From Azospirillum sp. CAG:239 (lineage in GTDB: Bacteria > Bacteroidota > Bacteroidia > Bacteroidales > Paludibacteraceae): a stretch of 23,620 nucleotides of DNA. Position numbers and translations under genes: made by a program. The notes beneath the pieces are model-generated. The model was not told the DNA's origin. It saw nothing but the letters and a program-made list of their open reading frames with translations, and did no database searches. Every line of letters starts with the position of its first letter. The first letter of the stretch is position 1. The stretch spans positions 1-23,620 of the forward strand of contig CAVEXR010000032.1 in assembly GCA_963619585.1 (NCBI GenBank), in the 5' to 3' direction. Below, one piece after another: positions 1 through 7,965 of the stretch.

Positions 1-254
1 AGAACATCTGTCGCATATCTGTAACGCTGCTCACATCCCACCTGCCGCAGTCAAGCGTCTGTAAGGAGTAGCAGGAGTAGAACATAGAGTTCATAGTCGT
101 AACGCTGCTCACATCCCACTTGCCGCAGTCAAGCGTCTGTAAGGATTGACAATTGCAGAACATACTCTGCATATTCGTAACGCTGCTCACATCCCACTTG
201 CCGCAGTCAAGCGTCTGTAAGGAGGTGCAATTGTAGAACATAGAGTTCATAGTC
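1..254 (-). repeat. Tandem 78-bp (26-codon) coding repeats, at least 3.25 copies, continuing past the window edge
   Basis: Units start at 21, 99 and 177, with a partial unit at 1-20. A 47-nt core (gtaacgctgctcacatcccacYtgccgcagtcaagcgtctgtaagga) is identical in all three copies except one C/T. The remaining 31 nt vary. The period is exactly 78 nt and in frame with the CDS. Confidence 0.9.
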
Positions 255-1666
255 GTGCGCCCCTTAATCTCTATCTCGGGTATGCCCTCGATTTTTCGAA
301 TTTTCCACCAATTATAAAAGCGTATATTAGCTCTCTGCAACGCTCCTTCGGGGAAATAGACATACTCGGCGTTATAGCAGTTATCTCCATATGTTATTAT
401 GTGTCTGCCATACGGGTCGAAAGCGAGGTTCGCAACTCGGATATCTACAGCGTTTGCTCCCGGATTAACTTCCATCGCCGTCATCACTTTTCCGTTGAAA
501 GTGCCTGTGCCTTGATACCAACGCCCTTTAAGGTCGTTGACGGATATATTCCTGTAATAAGTGCCGTAATACACGTTATCTACCTTTTTAATTATATATC
601 GATAAGAGTGTACAAGCCAACGAATACTGAAGAAATAGGCACTTGTTAGAGAGCCAGTTTTATGCCACAGCGGGCAGCCGTTGGTATAGGCTTTATTCTT
701 ATCGGCTATATAGCCCGTAACAACTTCGGTAGGGAATACTTGCGTATGGTTATCAACCCCCTCTGCTTGCGCAGGCGGCACAACCTCGATAACATAACTA
801 CCCTTGTTGTAGATATGCGTAGCCGACTGCTCGATACTCTCTACCGCAGAGCCATCTCCCCAATCAACGATATACGGGTCATCGAACTTGTTGGTATAAC
901 CCAAATAGAACTCTGTGCCGTCAACTAAAATATCGATATGTATTTTCTCAGTATCGCTTTCGTAGCGGCATACGACATCCAGTGCTTTCTTGGTCGTCCT
1001 GATATCCTCGAGCGTCTCCGACCAGCCGCAGTGAGTCAGTCCTAAAGAACTATAATCGGGCGGTGTAGGGTAATCAATAGTCGCTACCTCGTCTTCATCG
1101 TAGGCAGCGAGGATGTTTCCCATAAAATCCCAAAAAGTTACATATTTAGGACGCAACGCGGACACGGGAATAGGCACATCGACACTCACTTTATCGTAAT
1201 CGTATACATCGTAATCGCCGTTGTTTTTTATTTTCAATTGACGAGCGGCGAATAACTCGTCATCCGCGCAAGTCATCTCATTAGGTACACTTGCGGCAAA
1301 TTCGGCATAACACCCTGCACAAAGGTCATTGAACTTCTGCGTCCACATCGTGAAAGTCGAGACCCTGATATTCACGCCATACTCACGCAAACGCTCCAAA
1401 ATCTGCAAGAGCGTAGTCTTGCATAGGCTCTGCACCTCTAATTTATTGCCGCCGTCATCCGTCAAACGGTCAGTGGCGAATAAATTAAAGGTATATTCGG
1501 TTGCGTCATCTCCCTGCGTTGACCGCAACGCAGTAAGCACCACATTGACATACCTTCTCTCCCCGCTATTCTCAAACTCGTAAATATCACCATAATGGAC
1601 TTCTTGCACAAACTCATGGGCTTGCGCAACGCTCAAAATCTTATTGACTAATTGGAAATAATTCAT
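1..1666 (-). CDS. Putative virion adhesin or receptor-binding protein. It has an N-terminal domain of unknown function, a PKD-like motif, and BspA/DUF285-type 26-aa leucine-rich repeats. The C-terminus lies beyond the window start.
   Basis: Not in the ORF track because no stop lies in the window. My hand translation from the ATG at 1666-1664 (MNYFQLVNKILSVAQAHEF...) stays open to position 1. The ATG sits 2 nt after the stop of the upstream gene (1669). A DWGDGSAVESIEQSATHIYNKGSYVIEV stretch (about 790-870) resembles the PKD-domain signature. The last ~85 codons read TTMNSMFYNCTSLQTLDCGKWDVSSVTNMQSMFCNCQSLQTLDCGKWDVSSVT..., the xMxxMFxxCxSLxxLDxxxWDVSxVT pattern of DUF285/BspA-like repeats. 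Confidence 0.7.
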   Translation of the reverse strand, partial: MNYFQLVNKILSVAQAHEFVQEVHYGDIYEFENSGERRYVNVVLTALRSTQGDDATEYTFNLFATDRLTDDGGNKLEVQSLCKTTLLQILERLREYGVNIRVSTFTMWTQKFNDLCAGCYAEFAASVPNEMTCADDELFAARQLKIKNNGDYDVYDYDKVSVDVPIPVSALRPKYVTFWDFMGNILAAYDEDEVATIDYPTPPDYSSLGLTHCGWSETLEDIRTTKKALDVVCRYESDTEKIHIDILVDGTEFYLGYTNKFDDPYIVDWGDGSAVESIEQSATHIYNKGSYVIEVVPPAQAEGVDNHTQVFPTEVVTGYIADKNKAYTNGCPLWHKTGSLTSAYFFSIRWLVHSYRYIIKKVDNVYYGTYYRNISVNDLKGRWYQGTGTFNGKVMTAMEVNPGANAVDIRVANLAFDPYGRHIITYGDNCYNAEYVYFPEGALQRANIRFYNWWKIRKIEGIPEIEIKGRTTMNSMFYNCTSLQTLDCGKWDVSSVTNMQSMFCNCQSLQTLDCGKWDVSSVTTMNSMFYSCYSLQTLDCGRWDVSSVTDMRQMF

Positions 1667-1668
1667 AA

Positions 1669-2205
1669 TCATTTATACAAATAGTCGTTACAATAATGCG
1701 TGTCGTCGAACACTATGCCGCATCGCTGCGGCTCTTGCGCCCCCTCACAATTGACAAATTGGTGGTACTCGGGAAATTTAGCCGAATTGTGACAGAGATA
1801 ATCCCGCATTTTCGTAGCGTACGCGTCTGCATAATTCGCCATTTGACGCTGTAAGGTCTGCGAGTTGGTAAAATCAAGCGTTGACCGCTGCGTGTCGTTA
1901 TTCACGCTCACACCCGCATTCTGCAACTTGTAATTGATAGCGGGTATCACATTCGCCGACACAGACCACACTAAATAATTCGTGACATATTGGTCAAGCA
2001 AATACTTGTAATTCGTAGCCGTCGAAATATCACCACTCGCCACTAATTCGCATAACTTAGTGACAAGTGCGGGCCCTATAATGTTAGTAAGGTCTAAATC
2101 TTGCGCCAAACAAATCGACGGGTACAAATATACGCCATCCAAATTGCTACCCAAAAGGCTCTGCTTTTTGAGCGTTTCCTCCGAGATTAAAAGTACTTTT
2201 TCCAT
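1669..2205 (-). CDS. Hypothetical virion protein, 178 aa, possibly a head-tail connector or adaptor
   Basis: Complete ORF with an ATG at 2205, 3 nt after the portal stop. Its position next to the portal and the N-terminal ISEETLKKQSLLGSNLDGVYLYPSICLAQDLDLTNIIGPAL pattern are reminiscent of gp6-like connector proteins. This is pattern memory only. Confidence 0.35.
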   Translation of the reverse strand: MEKVLLISEETLKKQSLLGSNLDGVYLYPSICLAQDLDLTNIIGPALVTKLCELVASGDISTATNYKYLLDQYVTNYLVWSVSANVIPAINYKLQNAGVSVNNDTQRSTLDFTNSQTLQRQMANYADAYATKMRDYLCHNSAKFPEYHQFVNCEGAQEPQRCGIVFDDTHYCNDYLYK

Positions 2206-2208
2206 AAT

Positions 2209-3222
2209 TTATTCCCCCCAGTCAATGACAAATTTGTTAAACGAAATAGAAATGCCCAAATCCTCGATACAATTTATCATCATGGCTTGTATGGGCTTTA
2301 TAACTGTGGCGTAAAAAAGCGCAAAAGCCTGCTCGAACTCCTCCTTCGAGAAACCCGTTGTTACATTCTTTCCGCATAAAATAGGGTTCATCCGAAATGC
2401 CACAAAGATATCCTCGACCGCACTATTCGCCAAATTTTGATACAAGTCGCCAGCGTTGTCGGGCGTTAGCCGCTCAATCTTGACCTCTCCGTCAGCGTTG
2501 GCGTTGTTGATAAGCAACACTTTCCCAGCGTTGTCAGTACCCGTGTATTCCCCCTCCAACTGCTTCTTTATCTCTTTTAGTTCGGCAGCCTTAATGGATG
2601 TGCCGTTGAGCGACACCACCACAGAGCCTGCGAAGTTGTTTTCGAGGTTGTGCAAGTGGTAATTCCGAGTGTTGTTCAAAATCTCAATAGACTTCAACGC
2701 CGACACATACATCGGAATAGGGTTTATATGCCGTGTAATCTTGCCCCGATAGTAGTAGAGGAAGTGCGTCTGTTTTGCGTCTGCGTCAAACAGAGGCAGC
2801 GAAACGAGGCTCTTTGGCTTCCATTTGCCCCACTCGCTCGAAATATAGGCTGTAGTCAATTCCTCATCCACCCGCACCCATTGCACATCAATGTGGTTAA
2901 GTTGCACGATATCGCCGTTAGCCGACCGCAACCCCTCCAACGCAAAGCCGCCGAAAAGTATATAATCAAAAATGCAGCGGGAAAGGTCATCCTCCGTCAG
3001 CACAACGCTATTCGAGATGTTAATATCACATCCCATTGTGTAGTCTGCGATGTTGTTGACCACCGATTGCAAGTTGGAGTTCAACAGGTACATCTCATAT
3101 AGGTATTGCGGGAATTTGTTATCCTCACCCCACAACACATAATCTTTGCCTCCTTTATAATCAAAGGAGGTAGGCGTTTCGCTTTTTTTGTAATTGATAC
3201 AACTAAAATTCAAATCATCCAT
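2209..3222 (-). CDS. Phage portal protein (HK97/PBSX-like family), 337 aa
   Basis: The track ORF is 2209..3291. I start it at ATG 3222 (MDDLNFSC...), 2 nt after the upstream stop. The N-terminal WGEDNKFPQYLYEMYLLNSNLQSVVNNIADYTMGCD and the C-terminal EDIFVAFRMNPILCGKNVTTGFSKEEFEQAFALFYATVIKPIQ match the conserved portal pattern (G.dN.yP ... f.vP..l.g ... P.Q). Confidence 0.7.
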   Translation of the reverse strand: MDDLNFSCINYKKSETPTSFDYKGGKDYVLWGEDNKFPQYLYEMYLLNSNLQSVVNNIADYTMGCDINISNSVVLTEDDLSRCIFDYILFGGFALEGLRSANGDIVQLNHIDVQWVRVDEELTTAYISSEWGKWKPKSLVSLPLFDADAKQTHFLYYYRGKITRHINPIPMYVSALKSIEILNNTRNYHLHNLENNFAGSVVVSLNGTSIKAAELKEIKKQLEGEYTGTDNAGKVLLINNANADGEVKIERLTPDNAGDLYQNLANSAVEDIFVAFRMNPILCGKNVTTGFSKEEFEQAFALFYATVIKPIQAMMINCIEDLGISISFNKFVIDWGE

Positions 3223-3508
3223 TGTATGCCGTGATATTGTGTTCCTGATTATATTGCGTATTCGACCGCTCAAACTCCCCAAACTGCGCAAGCATGGCGC
3301 AAATCACATCCCCAGCCTCGTTCAACAATTGCGCATCAAATTGCGAAATTGGCAACTCCTCCTCAATCGTTACCTCGTACCAGTTGCCCTTATCGGTTAC
3401 AGGGTATAGGTATTCTTTTTTCGTGATTTGGTCAATTAGCCGCAAATTTACGGCTACTTCCGCCGAAATTGTGGGTATTTTGGTCGTATTTAGGCTCAAA
3501 TATAGCAT
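3215..3508 (-). CDS. Hypothetical protein, 97 aa
   Basis: The track ORF is 3215..3568. The upstream extension covers a terminator and the AT-rich motif, so the likely start is ATG 3508 (MLYLSLNTTK...). I recognised no motif. Confidence 0.55.
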   Translation of the reverse strand: MLYLSLNTTKIPTISAEVAVNLRLIDQITKKEYLYPVTDKGNWYEVTIEEELPISQFDAQLLNEAGDVICAMLAQFGEFERSNTQYNQEHNITAYNG

Positions 3509-3519
3509 AATTCGTTCCT

Positions 3520-3541
3520 CTCTATAATTATATATAAAAAA
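3520..3541 (-). promoter_or_regulatory. Conserved 22-nt AT-rich motif, copy 1 (minus strand TTTTTTATATATAATTATAGAG); candidate late promoter
   Basis: It lies 11 nt upstream of ATG 3508 and matches the copy at 6217-6238 at 21 of 22 positions. Its T-run doubles as the U-tract of the adjacent terminator. Confidence 0.45.
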
Positions 3542-3574
3542 CGGGCACTCGTGTTCACACACAAGCACCCGCCC
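3536..3574 (-). terminator. Rho-independent terminator after the 183-aa gene
   Basis: The minus-strand RNA reads GGGUGCUUGUGU-GUGA-ACACGAGUGCCC, a 12-bp stem with 3 G-U pairs (3543-3554 pairing with 3559-3570), followed by G and U6. It begins 22 nt after the TAG at 3596. Confidence 0.7.
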
Positions 3575-3595
3575 ACCAAACCAAATACACAGAAA

Positions 3596-4147
3596 CTAAG
3601 CCAACAAGTCGTCGATGCTCACTTTCTCGCTATCTATAAAATGCGGGAATTCGCCTGCTATCTCCTCGAAAGTCAGGGTAAAACCGCTCAAATCTGTATT
3701 CGTCGTGCCAGACTGCATAACAGCGTCAGTTATAAACGCTTCGTTTCGCCCATCACCAGCACCCAAAAGCAGATAGCCGCCGTACATATCTTTGACGATA
3801 ACGGCACAGCCTGCGTTGATAGCCGACTGAATAGCCAGACGCTTGTTTGCCTCTGCCTTCGAGAATTGCAGCGTCACATCCGTGGTAACTGTGGAATTGC
3901 CCGTTGTTAAATCGCCCGCACGGGTTGAGGTATAAGCACCCGTATTCGGGCGGAATTGCCACTTTTGGAATTTGACACTATCCGAAAGTGTGATAGCCGT
4001 AATCAAATCGGAAGTGTCGTCAACGGTCACGCTCGTGACATAATCGCTCGGAATGAGATATATCTCCTTTATTCCGCCGATAGAGCCGTCGCACTTTGCA
4101 TTTATTGCGGTAATTGTTACCGCCCCGCAACTATTGTAATCACTCAT
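3596..4147 (-). CDS. Abundant virion protein, 183 aa; the pattern is major-tail-tube-like, but a head decoration role is not excluded
   Basis: The track start at 4174 is a TTG inside the upstream terminator, so I use ATG 4147 (MSDYNSCGAV...). The gene is bracketed by two intrinsic terminators directly after the capsid gene. The segments GGIKEIYLIP...FQKWQFRPNTGAYTS...AVIVKDMYGGYLLLGAGDG...SGTTNTDLSGFTLTF resemble siphovirus tail-tube proteins, again from pattern memory. Confidence 0.4.
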   Translation of the reverse strand: MSDYNSCGAVTITAINAKCDGSIGGIKEIYLIPSDYVTSVTVDDTSDLITAITLSDSVKFQKWQFRPNTGAYTSTRAGDLTTGNSTVTTDVTLQFSKAEANKRLAIQSAINAGCAVIVKDMYGGYLLLGAGDGRNEAFITDAVMQSGTTNTDLSGFTLTFEEIAGEFPHFIDSEKVSIDDLLA

Positions 4148-4170
4148 AATCGTATTCTTTTGATTGTTTA

Positions 4171-4202
4171 ACAAAAGAGGGCAGGCAGACCGCCCGCCCT
4201 CC
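4171..4202 (-). terminator. Rho-independent terminator after the major capsid gene
   Basis: The minus strand reads GAGGGCGGGC-GGUCU-GCCUGCCCUC followed by UUUUGUU. It begins 23 nt after the capsid gene stop at 4226. Confidence 0.8.
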
Positions 4203-4225
4203 GTTTAATCTCTAAGCCGTTAGGC

Positions 4226-5140
4226 TCACTTCGCAATCGCAATCAAGTCAGGGTATGCAACCTGAACGCCAGCAACGAACGAAACAGCCAGACGGAACTC
4301 GTCATTATCTTGCGAATACCACAAGTCGAACTTCTCGTCGTCGTCTGCGAGGTCTACGCCATAAACGAAATTCTCACGATAAGACGCAACGGCTTTCAGG
4401 CTCGCACCGTCAAGACCCGCAACCGGAATAACACGCACATTGGTACCCGGAATAAGAACGCTATCAGGCATTGCGACATCGTTCACCGTGTTGGTGATAA
4501 CGAGGTTGCCGTTTGCAATCAATTCTTGGATATACTTGCGGTAGTTAGCACCGGAGATGTACATCACAACCTCGCCACGCTCAAATACAGCGTCAGGAAT
4601 AAGGGCGTAGGTTTCATTGATAATCTTGGTAACAGTGTCGGAAGCGGTGGAGGTGTAAGTACCTGCAACGGTAGCCGCTGCAATAGTCTTGCACAAGCCG
4701 TCAAACTGCTTCAGGTTAGCGTCATCCGAAGTGGTATCGCCCTGCCACATAGCCTTCTCAAGTTTAGCCTTGATAGACTCGATAGCGTTATTAACGAAAT
4801 CCTCCTCAAACGGCAAGTTCTTTTGACCAGCTGCGACACGAACCTCATAGTTAGTCCAGTATTTCAGGAGTTGATTTTGGCAATACGACATCTGAACCTT
4901 TATCACGCCCGGCGTCAAAATACGCTGCGATAGTTCAGCCGTGCCAGCCTCTGTCCAACCGCACGCCGTGCCGTCAGCAAAGGTTACATCGGTATTCAAC
5001 AAGTTCAGTGCGGTAGCACCTTTCACGCCCGTCATAAGGGCAAACTCTTTCGCAGAACGGTTACCAACAACGGCTTTGCGAATTAACGGAAGTCTTTGCT
5101 CATCAACAAAAGCAGTAAGACTGGAAGTTTTGATACTCAT
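4226..5140 (-). CDS. Major capsid protein (HK97-fold type), 304 aa
   Basis: The track start at 5149 is a TTG; ATG 5140 gives MSIKTSSLTAF.... The gene sits directly after the protease and acidic scaffold genes and is followed by a strong terminator. Its size and composition are typical of HK97-like capsid proteins. Confidence 0.7.
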   Translation of the reverse strand: MSIKTSSLTAFVDEQRLPLIRKAVVGNRSAKEFALMTGVKGATALNLLNTDVTFADGTACGWTEAGTAELSQRILTPGVIKVQMSYCQNQLLKYWTNYEVRVAAGQKNLPFEEDFVNNAIESIKAKLEKAMWQGDTTSDDANLKQFDGLCKTIAAATVAGTYTSTASDTVTKIINETYALIPDAVFERGEVVMYISGANYRKYIQELIANGNLVITNTVNDVAMPDSVLIPGTNVRVIPVAGLDGASLKAVASYRENFVYGVDLADDDEKFDLWYSQDNDEFRLAVSFVAGVQVAYPDLIAIAK

Positions 5141-5165
5141 AATTGTCAAAATTTTTATTGGTTAC

Positions 5166-5663
5166 TTATTCAAAATACTTTTTTGCGCCCTTTTTCTCGG
5201 CTTTGATACTTTGGGCACTCAATTGCTCCTCGATAGGCTCGTCAACGGGCTTGTTTTTGAGTTGCTCAATCTCGGCGGTGAGTTCCTCAATCTTTGCGTC
5301 TTTTTCAGCCACAGCGGCTTCCAATTCAGCCACACGGGCTTTTAATTGCTCTTTCTCCTCATCTACCGCAGGTGCCTCCTCCGGTGTCGTGGTTTCCACC
5401 TCCAACTCCTCTGCCGGCTCTTCCTCTGCGGGTAACTCGATAGGCGCAATCTCGGCAACCTTTCCGCCCTCAATTTTAATAACATCTGTTTCGGTCTTAT
5501 ACTCGCCATCCTCAGCGGCAACGACCTCTCCGTCAGCGTTAATCAATTGCACCTCAACGCCGACCTCCAAATCGCCGTCGGACACAAGAACGCCCTTGTC
5601 TGTCGGCACTTCTGCAAATTTCAAAAGCAGGTGCGCCAATTTGAAAAGTTTTGTTTTGTCCAT
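5166..5663 (-). CDS. Scaffolding protein, 165 aa
   Basis: The protein is highly acidic and has a coiled-coil-like segment (LPAEEEPAEELEVETTTPEEAPAVDEEKEQLKARVAELEAAVAEKDAKIEELTAEIEQLK). It lies between the protease and the capsid gene, and its ATG is 2 nt after the protease stop. Confidence 0.65.
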   Translation of the reverse strand: MDKTKLFKLAHLLLKFAEVPTDKGVLVSDGDLEVGVEVQLINADGEVVAAEDGEYKTETDVIKIEGGKVAEIAPIELPAEEEPAEELEVETTTPEEAPAVDEEKEQLKARVAELEAAVAEKDAKIEELTAEIEQLKNKPVDEPIEEQLSAQSIKAEKKGAKKYFE

Positions 5664-5665
5664 AA

Positions 5666-6214
5666 TTAAGAAATTATATCGTTTATAAATTGGTCAAACT
5701 CCGAGAGGGCGACCGCCTGCGGTCTTTCAACAGTCGAAACAGAGCACTCAATGCTGAACCCCTTACACTTACCACACTTCAAGTCCGCCCACACATCGTC
5801 ATTCTCTATTTTCAACGCCACAAACCAACTGCCATTCGCCACATTCTCGAACCCTTTGGGCTGCAAGCCCTCACGCTTGAAAAAACTCTCTACCAATACC
5901 ACCCCATCCAACGGCACTCCGTTGTGTTCCTCCGAAAATCTGCCGCCTTTGGTCATAAATGAAAGAACCAAATCTTTAATCACATCCGCGCCAAAGACCA
6001 CATAATACAAAGAGCCGTCGGGGTTTTGGCGAATAATAGGCTTGTCGGCAACCATCGCTGCACCAAAGGCTATTCGCTTTTCCTCATCAATTGCAAAACG
6101 CATTTCCGTCTGTTCAGAGAAAAGCATAAAATCAACCTCCACGGCGGGGCGCTCAACGAGGGAGAGGCAACCCATCTCCCCAGCCACTACATCATATATC
6201 GGTAATTTTTCCAT
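5666..6214 (-). CDS. XkdF-like putative prohead serine protease, 182 aa
   Basis: The segments LSLVERPAVEVDF, EEKRIAFGAAMVADKPIIR, FSEEHNG, VESFF and GSWFVALKIENDDVWADLKCGKCKGFSIE follow the PBSX XkdF-family pattern. The position upstream of scaffold and capsid genes fits. Confidence 0.6.
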   Translation of the reverse strand: MEKLPIYDVVAGEMGCLSLVERPAVEVDFMLFSEQTEMRFAIDEEKRIAFGAAMVADKPIIRQNPDGSLYYVVFGADVIKDLVLSFMTKGGRFSEEHNGVPLDGVVLVESFFKREGLQPKGFENVANGSWFVALKIENDDVWADLKCGKCKGFSIECSVSTVERPQAVALSEFDQFINDIIS

Positions 6215-6216
6215 CG

Positions 6217-6238
6217 CTCTATAATAATATATAAAAAA
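6217..6238 (-). promoter_or_regulatory. Conserved 22-nt AT-rich motif, copy 2 (minus strand TTTTTTATATATTATTATAGAG); candidate late promoter
   Basis: It fills the 24-nt gap between the stop at 6239 and ATG 6214. TATTAT lies at -12..-7 relative to the A of the ATG, which suggests a leaderless or near-leaderless transcript. Confidence 0.45.
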
Positions 6239-7957
6239 TCAATATCGGTTTTCACTTTCTTGCACATTGACCCGTTTTGTCGTGTCCGAAATATCGCTCT
6301 CCACGACATAAACACGGCTATCTCCTATGCTGCTTTCTATGTTTGCAGAATCGACCGCCTGCGTGTATTGCTGCGGCTGCGTCAGCGTTGAGGACACGGC
6401 GGCAGAACTCAAAGACGCTGAACTGCTGCCCTCACTATTGTATTTCTGCTTCGATATATTCGCAATCTGAGCCGCACCACTTGCCGCAATAGATGCAGCC
6501 TGAATAACAGCCAACGCAATATCCCACGGACCCGTCTTTGTCGTGAAAGCACCACTCAACGCCGTAGTTATACCCACCATCATCTGAATAGTAGCCGCCG
6601 AAATCTGCATAGCCTTCATCGCCTTGAATTGCTTCTCATTCGTTTCATCCATCGTTGAGGCGACGGAGTTTAGTATATCGGCTATGCCCGTGGCGGCAGA
6701 CATAGACATCTGCAACTTGTATTGCTTTTCCTCTTTCGCTAATTTCTTGACGGCGGCACTATACTGCTCTTGCGAAAGCAAGCCCTCGTCGAGCGACTGC
6801 CTCAGGTCGTCGAGTTTGGCTTGTTGATTCGCCTGAAAAGCGGAGTAGTCTGCCATCTCCAACTCCATAATGGAGTTGTAATAATTTTGCGCCTCCGTCA
6901 ATTTTGCCCCCCAGCCGTCATCCTCCTCTGCCTCTCTCTCTGCGTCAGGCGCGTCAGGTGCTTGCGGGCGTTGAACGCCACGACCACGACCGCCCTCGAC
7001 AAGGTCTTGCAATAGAGCCGAATCTGCCAATCGCTGCTGTTCCTGCTCGTAGGCTTTCAAATACGCCTCAATAGACGCTCTTGCACGGGCTGCGGCATTC
7101 GCCTTATCTTGCTCGATAAGGCTCTCATTGAAAGCGTCTGCCGCCTTTGTGCCAATTTCTCTATAAGCATCCACCACTCCTTGACCGCTCGCCACAATCG
7201 TATCCTTACTTGCCGCCGTGGCGGCTTTCAGTTTATCAAGCATTGAGCCCTCCTCCTCTGTGAACGCCCGAACCGCCGCCACAATCGTTTTGAACGGCGT
7301 AACGACTGCCGTGGTGATAGTCTTGCCGAGTGCCACAATAGTCTGTTTAAGAGCCTCCCACGCCGCTTGCAAGCCCGCAATAGCCGTCTTTGTAATCTTT
7401 GAGGTATCGACAAACTTATTCATCCACGCCACAATCTTTTCCCAATTCTCTACAACCAACCCCAAAGCCACCACAAGCGCACCAATACCAGTGGCAACAA
7501 TTGCGCCTTTCAGCCCTTTGAAAGACGCTGTGGCAGCCTTTACGGCGACCTTTACCCCCTGAAAGCCTTGGCTAAGGTCTTTGAGGGAGGAAATGCCCTG
7601 CGAAAAAGCCATTAACTGCTGCAACTTGGCTATTCCCGCAACCACATTCTCATTCTCCACGCCCATCAACTGCATAGCAGCCGTGGCGGCTGTGATACCG
7701 CCCGTCAGCGAACCCGTTACCTTTGCAAGATTTTCTCCAAAGCCCTGAAAGCCTTTCGACATTGCGTCTGTCGTTTGGTTGAATCGGTCAATTTGACCTT
7801 TCGCCGCCGCCGCCTTTTTCTGCAACTCGTTGAACGCCTGCGAACCAACCTCTACCTGCTTTAACTGCTCGGTCGTTTCTTGCAACTCCTTTTCGAGGTC
7901 TGCAATAGATTTGACCGCCTTTTTCGTGTCGATAGACACGCTATAAACTTCCGCCAT
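6239..7957 (-). CDS. Tape-measure-like or internal/ejection protein, 572 aa
   Basis: The protein is Ala/Gln/Gly-rich with long helical repeats (GFQGFGENLAKVTGSLTGG..., GFQGVKVAVKAATASFKGLKG...). It has hydrophobic segments (AIVATGIGALVVALGLVV and ISAATIQMMVGITTALSGAF) and a central charged coiled-coil region. These are typical tape-measure features. Confidence 0.5.
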   Translation of the reverse strand: MAEVYSVSIDTKKAVKSIADLEKELQETTEQLKQVEVGSQAFNELQKKAAAAKGQIDRFNQTTDAMSKGFQGFGENLAKVTGSLTGGITAATAAMQLMGVENENVVAGIAKLQQLMAFSQGISSLKDLSQGFQGVKVAVKAATASFKGLKGAIVATGIGALVVALGLVVENWEKIVAWMNKFVDTSKITKTAIAGLQAAWEALKQTIVALGKTITTAVVTPFKTIVAAVRAFTEEEGSMLDKLKAATAASKDTIVASGQGVVDAYREIGTKAADAFNESLIEQDKANAAARARASIEAYLKAYEQEQQRLADSALLQDLVEGGRGRGVQRPQAPDAPDAEREAEEDDGWGAKLTEAQNYYNSIMELEMADYSAFQANQQAKLDDLRQSLDEGLLSQEQYSAAVKKLAKEEKQYKLQMSMSAATGIADILNSVASTMDETNEKQFKAMKAMQISAATIQMMVGITTALSGAFTTKTGPWDIALAVIQAASIAASGAAQIANISKQKYNSEGSSSASLSSAAVSSTLTQPQQYTQAVDSANIESSIGDSRVYVVESDISDTTKRVNVQESENRY

Positions 7958-7965
7958 ATTCGTAA

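Noticed and set aside
1-254. CRISPR-like periodicity: a 47-nt near-identical repeat alternating with 31-nt variable spacers
   Set aside because: The 78-nt period is exactly 26 codons and in frame with a long open minus-strand ORF. The units encode a recognisable DUF285/BspA-type repeat. The 'spacers' are related to each other; units 1 and 3 share agaacatagagttcatagtc. No leader or cas genes are visible.
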